A DNA stretch of 64,000 bases, from positions 2,239,459 through 2,303,458 of the forward strand of contig LSRY02000004.1 of NCBI GenBank assembly GCA_001643675.2, read 5' to 3'. How positions within the stretch are numbered: position 1 is the first letter of the stretch; the number at the start of each line of letters is the position of its first letter. Below, piece after piece: positions 48,786 to 59,149 of the stretch. This stretch comes from Monocercomonoides exilis PA203. Lineage: Eukaryota; Protista; Preaxostyla. The position numbers and the translations under genes are program-made. The notes beneath the pieces were generated by a model. The model worked only from the letters and a program-made list of their open reading frames with translations. It did no database searches and was not told where the DNA came from.

Positions 48786-51189
48786 AAAAAATAGAAAAGA
48801 GAGGGGGAAAATTGGAAATAGAAGGAAACAGCCTCGAGGGGTGGGGGCCGCGCGACAAACGCGGTAAAAGGGCGGGGAGCGAAAGTTACCGAACTTTTGC
48901 CGTGTGGCGCGTCGGCCATTGGGTGGGACTCTTTCCAATCAGAAAAGGCCTTTATTTTCTTCAAAATAACACCACCAAATTGTTCCTCTTGCAATGTACA
49001 AATTTGAGGGTTTTCAAATTTTCATTGAAAATTTTTGCCCTTCTCCCCTAAAATTATTAATAGAATTAATTCTGACCTTTAAAATTTTTAACTCTTTTTC
49101 TTCTATTTTTCGCGAGATGGATGAATATCTGCGCGCAGGAATGATGTGCGCAGATTTCATCCAGCGAGCGCTACCGGAGAAGTAGCGCGAGATTGTTATT
49201 CATAACCTCGCGGTTAGCGAGAAAATTTTGAAAAACAATCAAAAAAAGAGGTCATTTTCAATGAAGAAAATCGACATTTTTGTGTTATTTATTTAATGAA
49301 ATGAATGAAACTTTCCCTGATAAAATATCATTTTTACTACTTTAAATTATTTATCTTTTGATATAATTTTTATTAAAATCTGATATGTATTCCTCATGCT
49401 GTGATCATTTTTTATTTTTTTCAAACTTTATATTTTTTTTATAATTTTTTTCTATTTTTTTATTTTTGATGAAAATTGGATGAAAGATGTATGATATGAT
49501 AACATTAATTGTGATGATATTATTGTAAGAATATTGTTCGTTGTGGTTGAATAATAATGAAAAATAACATTCTGAAATATCAACAAAAATAAGATACTTT
49601 TTTGTTTGCTCAGAACCAACCATCAACATCAAAGTTCTTATATATTATTATCATCTATATTATATCTATTATATTATATATTTTTTCCATCCAACTTTCC
49701 TCATTATTTGAGAAGTTAAATTTTTTTTATTTTTTAAATATTTTTTTATCTCAATAACTGACTTTTTCTTTCCATTGAAAAAATTCATATATAATGTTAC
49801 AATGATATAGTATATTATATATTTTTTTGATGTTAGTCTGTCCACCAAATTTGGAGATAAAAAAATATTTTCATTTTTTCCCTCTTTTTTCGAACAAAAA
49901 TTAATTTTTTTAATTTTTTGTAACTTTCAATTCATCTCAACTTTTTTATCAAATGAATAGTAATCAAGTAATACATCTCTATTATTTTTATTTTTAAAGT
50001 TGAACAACATTTCATTTTTTTATAATTTTTTTTCCAAAATTTTCAATCTTAATTAATATTTTTCTATTTATTCCATGGATAGATAAATTTGAAAATAATA
50101 TTTTATATAGGTTATGAGGGGTGGGGAATGTGTTGGTGTATAGGGAGATTGGTATCAAACTGTTTTTGAGAAGTCGAATTCTTAACATAGAAAAATGGTT
50201 TTGATCTAGATCAAACATTTTTTTCAAAAAAATATTTTTTTCATAAGAAGTAGGAATTAGTGGTTGATGAAAAGTTACGTATATGGGAAATATTATGAGA
50301 GGAATTGATTGGTATTAAAATCAGAAATTAATCGATTCAAATTGTGGAATGATACGTTAATTAAAATTTTTTCAGTCAAAATTTTCGAAATTATTTTTTA
50401 AATATCTCGACAAATAAATTTTTCTAAGCCGTAAGACTTTACTAGAGTGTTAGTTGAACCATTTGTGAATTTTTGAAGTCATGGTCAAATTTTCGAAAAA
50501 TGCGAAATTTTGATTTTTTCTGATTAAGTTGAATTTAGCTCAAGTTAATCAGAAAAAATGAAAAGTTGGTGAAAATCGATTTTTATGAAAGTTGTGATCG
50601 AAACTTATGAAAACACAAAAAGTTCGGATAATTCGCGAATAGTCCGCTGAATTTTTTTCTCGGGCCAGATTGGTCTGGTTAGTGAGAAAATGTGATATGA
50701 AGATTTTGACTGAAAAAGTGGTGATCTTAGATCAAGGACCGAAAAATATGGGGTCTCAGATTCCTTTGATAATTGGCAGGTGGCAAGGACGTGGGCCCCT
50801 TATAAACATACTCGAATCTAAATTTTTTCTACCGAGCGGTTGTGGCTGGGCAGTGCGGACAAGTTGGTGATTTTGACTGAAAAAATGAAAAAAATTTTTT
50901 TTCTCGAAAATTTCAAAGTGGATATAAAATGTGATTCCATGGATGTATATGCATTGTAATGTTGTATATTGGTGATTTTTGGTTGGATACACTCATTTGT
51001 AGTTTTTGAGTTATAATCGAATTTTTGAGTGAAAATGGTCATTTTTGAGGTAAATCGAGTATAACTCGAGAAGTAATGGCCAGATAAATTTGATATTAAT
51101 ATATGATAAATGTGCATATAGTGCAGTAATAGCATGCGTATGGGTGTTGGTGGCGGGGGTCTGGCAGGCTGTCCAGAAAAGAAATAAAA

Positions 51190-54100
51190 AATTTGAAGGT
51201 GACTGGGGGTGCCTTGTTAGTGAAGTCACAGAGAGTGAACCAGGGGCAAGTGGCTGAATCGAAACACATATGACCGGCACAGTAACCCATGCCCGGATGT
51301 GGCCAAACGGCGTTTCGATCGGCCCAGTGGTTGCTGAGAAATCCGAGCGGCTAGTTGTTTTGAGTTCGGTTCTGATTTTTCACATAGAAAAGTGACTGGG
51401 GGGTATTGACTTGGCGATGCTGTGGAGAGTGAAGGGAGGGCAAGTAATCGGAATTAGAGGGATATGTTGGGGAATGTTAGTGGGGGTAGGATGTGGTGTA
51501 ATTGCTAAGAGATTAGTCCAGTGATTGCCAAGTAACCATGTCAGCAATATATTTTTTCTATGAAAATTGTTTTTTTTCTATGATAATTTTTCTATGTGAT
51601 CTTGACTGCCCGACCTCGAAGTGCCATCTTTTTCGAAAAACTCACAGACTCAATTTGAGTTTGACTGAAAAAGGAGTTGAGTGGAAGGTATCTCTGGAAG
51701 GGCTGATGGGCAGGGCTGGCAAAGGCCACAGGGCAAGGAGCGAGTGAGGCGGGCTATGTGCTGGGCCTATGGCTGGGCAGGCCCTGTGGCTTGGCCTGGA
51801 TCTATTGGACATATACTGTATTTCCCCAGTCAGAAAAAGTGACTGAGGGTTCAATGTTCCGGTGGTTATAGAAACTCAGGTGTTGGAGCCAGAGCTCCAG
51901 AAACAAAAGTGACAGTGTGCGCACAGACTGTGGCTGCACGCTGGGCAGGGTGCTGCTGGGCGCCTGTGGATCCTTCTGGCTGGGTGGGTCAGACACTCAC
52001 TTTTTTCACTAGGAAAACAGACTGGAAGACCATCTTCATTGAGCTGTATCTTTTTATCGGTCATAACTTACAGCTTGGCTGATGTGGGCAGAGTGGGCGT
52101 GTGGGCAGTGGCTACAAGGCTGGGTGGTGGGAGTGTGGCTGGGCTGGCTGGCTGGGCGGTGGTGTGAGCAAAAGTGAGTGAAAAATGACTGGGCCAGCCA
52201 TTGAGGTACCCCCTCTCTTTCAACGAACCTATCTCCTCAGGTGTTGGAGGGAGAGCTCCAGAAACAAAAGTGACGGTGCAGCGGGGGACCAGGGCTGTGC
52301 AGTGGGCGGGGTCTGGTTTGTGGGCTGTGGGCCGGGCCGGCTGGGTGGGCTGTGCACTGGGTTTTGTTCTGTCACTTTCATTGAAAAAACCTCAAATATG
52401 GTAAAAGACCCCGGGTGCCCAGACCCGAAAATCCATCTTTTTCGAAAAACTCATAGACTCAATTACACTACACTGAGGTTTCCTCGATTTTTGTGACTTT
52501 TGATACTAGAAATACACTATGAAAATGGGGTGTCTGCAAAACCTGCTTTGATACTAAAAAAAGGGAAAATTACACTACGCCGAGGTTTTCGTTGTGTAGT
52601 GTAATAAGGATGATTTTTATACTAGAAATTTGAGCTCCTAGGAAAAGTGACCAAATTACACTACACTTCGAAAACCTCGGCGTAGTGTATTTCGAGGTTT
52701 TTGATACTAGAAAATTTTGTCTATGAAATTTCTCTATGAAAAATACACTGTGTACCCCTCATGTTCACAGACTCATAGCGCCTCAGGGGCAAGTCAGCGA
52801 AACTTCTCGTTGCCATAGAGGGTCTCGCTGCACACTCGCTCTACACAATGGTGGTAATCTCATTCGGCTCAGTTGGATTGCCCTGAAGATACAGGGCAAA
52901 TACTCATATCGTTCCTATGAAAAACCCTTTCTCAATGATATTTTATGCAATGGACCCTGTATATTCCATGGGTCATAGGGAATCACCTGTAAGAGCTGGA
53001 AAGTTCTAGATGCCATAGGGCAAGTAGCTGTGCTCTTCGAGTATCCAATGGTAGTAATGTCTTTGCCCTCGGTCCATGTGCCTTTTCACTGTACTCAATA
53101 TACTGACATCTTTGAATGAAAATAGTTCATTTTTGATAGGGGACCCCTTATGTTCCCACTCTCATATCTTTTGATCGGTCATAACTTACAGACATGCCAA
53201 TGGTGCTGTGGCGTGGGCATGCCCTGCAGGTACAATGTGGCACACATTCGGCTGGTGGGCTGTGGCTCGGCTGAGGGCAGTGCCAGAAAAAGTGAGTATT
53301 TTGCATTGACTTTTTGAGTGACTTGGACCCCCCTCATTGGCTGGCCAGTAGCGAATCACACAGGAATCTGGGAAAGTTCTCGATGCCATAGGGAAACTCG
53401 CTCCACACTTGCTCTATCCATTGGTGCTATCGCCATTCACACTGCTCAACTTCCCTTATATCTATGGTCGATATACTAGTATCCTTCCTATGAAAAACTC
53501 CTTTTCAATGAAAATTTATACTAGGACCCCCTTATGTTTGTTGGAACGTAGCTCCACAGGGATAAGAGCTGGAAAGTTCTAAATGTTATAGAGGGTCTAG
53601 CTGCACACTGTGCCTAGCCAATGGCAGTATTCCCACTGGGCTCCTATGTAATGCCCTGCCACCACACTCAATATACTACTATCTTTCCTATCAAAAATAC
53701 ACTTACAATATATTGACTGGGACCCTTTATGTTCCAACCCTTGTAGTTCCTCAGGCTTGAGAGTGCGAGACTCGAAAATGTTATAGAGGGTCTAGCTATG
53801 CTCTCCCTCTATCCAACTGTGCTACTGGTATTCCTATTACTCTATGTGCCTTGGAGCCATAGGCAAAATACATGAACTTTTCATAGAAAAAGTGACTGAC
53901 CTCCACTGTGTTCCAACTCTCATATCTTTTTACTGGTCATAACTTACAGCCAACCTGATATCGCTGCAATGTGCCCACATACTGTGCCTGCAATGTGGCA
54001 CACATCCAGTGTCTATGCCCTGCCTGTGTATTTCACTACAGGGTCTACACTCACTTTTCATAGGGAAAGTTGACTCAGACCCCCTTGTGTTCCAGCCCTT

Positions 54101-54600
54101 GTAGCTTGCCAGGCTTAAGAGCTGGAAAGTTCTAAATGCCATAGAGGGTCTAGCTGCTCACTCACTCTATCCAACTATCCAACTACTTTTCCCACCACTC
54201 TTATACCCTTTTCACTATACTCAATATACTAACATTTTTGAATGATTTTCCACTTTTTCATATAAGACCCTCCAATGTTATTGACCTTGTAACTTTTTAT
54301 CGGTCATAACTCACAGGCTAGCTGATGGTATGAGTTTGTGCGTATGCTCTGCCGCTACGCTCCCATAGGCATTCCACTCCACTCCTCTGGCCACTCCAGC
54401 GGCGGTGTGAGAAAAAGTGAGTTTTGATAGGGGCATTTGCTATGGAAACATTGAAGTGGGCATAGCGGGCCAGGCTTAAGAGCTGGAAGGCTGGAACAAA
54501 AAACCAGATGAAAGGCAGTGAGGGCATACACAAGGTGGTGTGGTAGTGGCAAGGCTTTGGTGTGTCCCCATCCCAAGAAACACTATGGAAGGATACTAAA
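51190..54600. repeat. Diverged ~190-bp monomer array in the IGS
   Basis: A GACCC(C)..ATGTTCC-like anchor recurs at ~52753, 52952, 53140, 53325, 53524, 53719, 53897, 54078 and 54266. AAGAGCTGGAAAGTTCT.ATG..ATAG and GGTCATAACTTACAG submotifs recur. Related (AAAGT)GACTG motifs continue to the left as far as ~51200. Confidence 0.8.
52401..52735. repeat. Left arm of a ~330-bp inverted repeat with TTACACTAC and TGATACTAG iterons
   Basis: Colinear with the reverse complement of 54595-54931, for example CCATCTTTT..AAAAACTCATAGACTCAATTACACTAC and CCTGCTTTGATACTAAAAAA. Confidence 0.88.
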
Positions 54601-54931
54601 AAATTTCATTGAGTTTTTTTGTAGTATCATTTTTGGGCATTTTCACTAGGCCGAGGTTTTCGCGGCGTAGTGTATTTGGGGCACTTTTGATACTAGCCGA
54701 TATTTTCTAGTATCAAAATCATCTTTATTACACTACGCCGAGGTTTTCGGGGCGTAGTGTAATTTTGAGATTTTTTAGTATCAAAGCAGGGTTTTCGATG
54801 AGCTCGTTTTCGTAGTGTAATTCTAGTATGAAAAAGGGAAAAAAACACGAAAACCTGGGCGTAGTGTAATTGAGTCTATGAGTTTTTTGGAAAAGATGGT
54901 GTTTGTGGTGCGGGCTGTCGGGGATTTTTAC
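54595..54931. repeat. Right arm of the ~330-bp inverted repeat
   Basis: GTAGTGTAATTGAGTCTATGAGTTTTTTGGAAAAGATGG and TTTTTTAGTATCAAAGCAGG are reverse complements of left-arm blocks, in inverted order. Confidence 0.88.
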
Positions 54932-56487
54932 GGAAGTATACTTAGGGGGACACCCCCCGAAAAAATTTTTTTTCTGACTTCATTTTTTTTCGACAAAAGT
55001 TGTCTGGTGAGGATAGTCTGAGCCAGGGCTTATGTGATATGGGGTTAGTATAGAAGTGTGACTTGTATATGAAACTCCATAGGAAAAATAGTGGATTTTG
55101 ATAGAAAATTTTTGTGTAGGGGGCTGTCTATTAGACTGAGGCATTGTGTAATAGTGGTCTATTGTATATATATGTATATAGTATTATGTCATATGTATAG
55201 CAAATAGGTGAGTAGGCTTTTAATGTTAAGGAAGATAGTATATGGTATTTGAATGGGAATAATATGTATATGTCTCTTTGAATGAAATACCTTTGCATGA
55301 TTATACAGAAACTCACAGAGTGTGAAGTATAAATGAAGGTGGTTCAAAAAGGGTGGGTTTGTTAGGTCTGATTGGAATGAAAAGCAACATGTGATTGTAT
55401 ATAAGGGCATCACAATACATGTTTTATGAAAGCATCTTCTGGTAGCAATGGCTGATCAGATGGGTCGAATAATAAAGTGAGTTGTTTTGAATCTTTGAGT
55501 CTGATGTGTAAAAATGTCAGATGAAGAGGTGAAGATGATTCTAATAAAATCGATGTGTCTGAGAAGTTGTTGTGAGAGAGTGCTATGCTAGTAGTGAATG
55601 TGTAATGTGAGGCAGTATAGTATATGGTTATGTGGAGTGAAGTAGTTTGAGTTGGAACATGATGAATCCATGTTGGAGAACTTCTTGATTTTAGAAAAGC
55701 AATAATGTGGGGATTTGTGTGAAAGTGTTTGGGGTGTTTTTGTTCTTGGAAATACATGTATGTTGACTTGTTTGAATATTGTAGAAAAGAGTACTTCATG
55801 AAGTCGAGACCTTGTCTATATGTATGGTGTGGTCGATATGTATATGTGTATATCATTGATTGAGTTCAGATGGATTGTTATTGCACATTGGAACTATTGG
55901 GTTTGGTTGCCTAATATGTGGGGGTTGGATTTGACTATCGAGAGATAGAATGTGACAATGATGAAATCAAAATGAACAAATATATATTATTGTTTGTTTG
56001 TTTGAAGACATAAATGTCATGTTTCTATTGATTGAAAGTATTTGAACTGTTACAATTATTTGCCACTTTTTCAAAAGGTGAAAATATAATTGTAAGATGC
56101 GAATGAAAAATCATATTGTAATGATCTATCAGAGCTTTTTATATTATCTTCTTTTTGATGATGATGAGAAAAGTGTTTTGATATTGAGATTACATTGTGA
56201 TAATACAAATATTAATGATTATGATTGGATGACTTAAGAACTGACATTAATCAGTTATTAAGTTTATCTGAAAGAAAATAATGTGTTAATATTTGAGAAG
56301 GGAAAATATTGTGTCTATTCTTGAAATATCATCAATCTTTGTGAATGGTGATGTTTTAATAATTATGACTAAAATACTATATTATGTTGTCTTTAACAAA
56401 ACAATATGATATATATTATTTTATATTAGAAAAAAACATTAGTTGAATGAAATATTTAGTTAATGTTTTTTATTCTATATATAAATG

Positions 56488-58011
56488 TATCTGGTCGATT
56501 CTGCCAGTAGTCATATGCTTGTCTCAAAGATTAAGCCATGCATGTGTCAGTATAAATAACTTGTATTTATGAAACTGCGAATGGCTCATTACAACAGTTA
56601 TAATTTATTTGACAATGACAATGTTATATTTTGAATAGAAATATAATTTACTACATGGATAGCCGTAGTAATTCTAGAGCTAATACATGCGAGAATTCAT
56701 TTTTCTTTTTGTTTTTCGGAATGGAAAGAAGGGTGGGTTTGAAAAAGATCCGACTAAGGGTGTTTCAGCAATGAGACACCCTTTGGGGAAGGATTGTATT
56801 TATTAGATCGAAAACCATTAGGAATAGTTTAAATGTTTGATTCTATATGGATCAAAAACTTATTTCGGCACATGTTTGAAGCCTCGTCAGGGGTGTAATG
56901 ATATGTGTCCATTGTGAAAGATAATGGTGATTCATGATAAATGTCGAATTGCCAGGGTGGGTTAAGAGCCCATCGTCTTGGCAATGTGTCATTGAAATTT
57001 CTGACCTATCAACTGATGATGGTAGGATAGAGGCCTACCATGGTATTGACGGGTAACGGAGAATTAGGGTTCGATTCCGGAGAGGGAGCCTGAGAGATGG
57101 CTACCACTTCCAAGGAAGGCAGCAGGCGCGCAAATTACCCAATCCCAATCAATGACGTATATGGGGAGGTAGTGACAAAAAATAACAAAGCGGGGTATCT
57201 AATGGTATTCTGCTATTGGAATGGTTTCAATGTAAATGCTTGAAAGAGAAACAATTAGAGGGCAAGTCTGGTGCCAGCAGCCGCGGTAATTCCAGCTCTA
57301 ATAGTGTATACTAAAATTGCTGCAGTTAAAAAGCTCGTAGTTGGATTTTGGAGTTTTTAATTGTTCGAGGGGGCGAGATGTTTCTCTATACTTAGTCCTG
57401 CTTCATTTTTCTTATTAAATTAGCTTTCGGGTTGATTTAATTTGGAAGTGAAGTGATTGGAGGGTATTAATGAGGGGATATTTGAAAATCATGGTATTGT
57501 TTTTGATCTTGCATCAAGATTTATTTCTTGGTGTTTGATTGATTCAGTATCTTTCATTTATCTTATGCTTGCCTTGAATTTGAATAACCTCGAATCCCTT
57601 TTTGGAGAAGTCCTTGTGGCTTTTTCAAAAAAGGGGTAAATGTTTTCGAAATTATTAATATATCACTTAAATGTTGATTTATATTAATCGTTTCTCTTTG
57701 TCAAAGAAGAGGAAAATTTCGGAGAGTTTACTTTGAAGAAAATGGAGTGTTCAAAGCAGGCGTTTTTTTGTAATGAAAGAAATTCGCTACTGAACACATT
57801 AGCATGGAATAATAAAATAAGACACCTGATGTGTTTTAAATTTGATAATGAGAAAAATATAAGGAAACTTATTTATTTTTTTGTTATCAAACACATTCGA
57901 GTCTTAAACAAAATGAAAGAGGGATTTATTTCTCTTTTGTTTTGTTTATCGATTTGAGTTTTATTGGTTTTTGAAACAGGTGTAATGATTAAGAGGGACA
58001 GTTGGGGGGCA
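56488..58011 (+). rRNA. 18S (SSU) rRNA 5' portion with long AT-rich expansion segments, 3'-truncated
   Basis: Starts TATCTGGTCGATTCTGCCAGTAGTCATATGCTTGTCTCAAAGATTAAGCCATGCATG. Contains GGCAAGTCTGGTGCCAGCAGCCGCGGTAATTCCAGCTC and TTAAAAAGCTCGTAGTTG. Similarity stops after ATGATTAAGAGGGACAGTTGGGGGGCA. No 3' half, ITS or 5.8S follows. Confidence 0.95.
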
Positions 58012-58114
58012 AGTTCCAAGTATTTGGACCATCGATAAAAAATTTTTTACATATTTATAACGAAACAAAATGGAATATTAATTAATTTAAAATAAGTTAT
58101 TTTTGTCGAAAAAG

Positions 58115-58197
58115 TGTTTTTAACAATTTTCAATTTTTCTTTTGATCTGTCCCATAACATTTGCTTGTTTTATAAAGGTTTGAAAAATTGGTTTATT
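58115..58197. repeat. Proximal copy of an ~83-bp inverted repeat (partner 60701-60783)
   Basis: TGTTTTTAACAATTTTCAATTTTTCTTTTGATCTGTCCCATAAC...AGGTTTGAAAAATTGGTTTATT matches the reverse complement of 60701-60783 with few substitutions. Confidence 0.9.
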
Positions 58198-58276
58198 TTA
58201 CGAAATTAACACTCTTCGAACTTTGATGTTGTTTGTTTTGAATTAAAATCGATAGTCCTTTTTATGGCTTTAATAG

Positions 58277-58690
58277 TTGAACGATGAATCCGCTCTGCAA
58301 ATTAACAGCATTGTTCATTTGAATCGGGCATCAATAGATAATTACAGAGAAATTAAGAAGAAATGTGTTTATGCATTGAGAAAAGCAACAGAAAGCAGAG
58401 CTGAGAAAGCTGAAGACTTTTTGCGAAATGGAGCAATTGACGCAGTTTTGGAAGAGATTGAGCGACAAGCGTTGAAGGAGAAAATTGTACAAGTATACTC
58501 GTAATTTTTGTGTTCGTTGCAAGAAGATTGAAAGGAAAGAAGAGAGATGAAACGGAAGAAGTGAAAAGAAAGACATCCAAAAAGAAGACATGTGATGGAT
58601 GGAAGAATAAAAAAACGAAGATTGCGTCATCTGGTTGCTCCATTTCATTGGTCGAGAATTATTTGGAAATTCTAATTTGATAAAGAATTA
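58277..58690 (+). pseudogene. 3' fragment of the KMEEEGYED-family gene, disrupted
   Basis: DNYREIKKKCVYALRKA..EDFLRNGAIDAVLEEIERQAL aligns with 43490-43620. It is followed by stops or frameshifts and lacks the N-terminal two-thirds. Confidence 0.8.
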
Positions 58691-59149
58691 TTCAGATTTC
58701 TTTTTCTATATTTCTAAATTTAATAAATAAATATACACTCCATCTTTTGATATTTCCATTTTATTATTATTCGTGTTAAAGGCATATTCACTCGAGAAAT
58801 AAAAGAACTGTGATTTGCAAAATAGATGAAAGTGTTTTCTCAAAAAATATCAAGAATTATTATGAAAAATGAACATTTGAAATAAAGGAATCTTTTAAAA
58901 AAAGAAATGAAAAAAAATCGATAGAGAAAGAATCAATCCTATCGTAATTTTCTGTTTTATGGAGAAAAGAAAAAAATTACTACTTTAAAAAAGCAATCAA
59001 ATGAAAGAAAAACTCTTACAATTCAAAAAAATTCTGGGCTTTCAAAACTGAAACTTTTTGAGGAAAATAACGGAGTATAAAAAACGCTGGTTTGTAATTT
59101 CATACTTCATCAGATATTTGAGTTACAAAGTGAAATTCCTCTTTCTTCT

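Larger units (their letters stand above)
47751..56487 (+). other. rDNA intergenic spacer plus 5' ETS (~8.7 kb)
   Basis: Lies between a 28S 3' end and an 18S 5' end on the same strand. It has no credible ORFs and several repeat arrays. Confidence 0.85.

Noticed and set aside
52401-54931. CRISPR array or autonomous transposon
   Set aside because: The context is eukaryotic rDNA, the 35-bp sites are few and in mixed orientation, and there are no cas or transposase ORFs and no TSD.
47751-56487. 5S rRNA, tRNA or protein-coding genes in the IGS
   Set aside because: I recognised no 5S or tRNA conserved motifs, and the short ORFs lack coding character.
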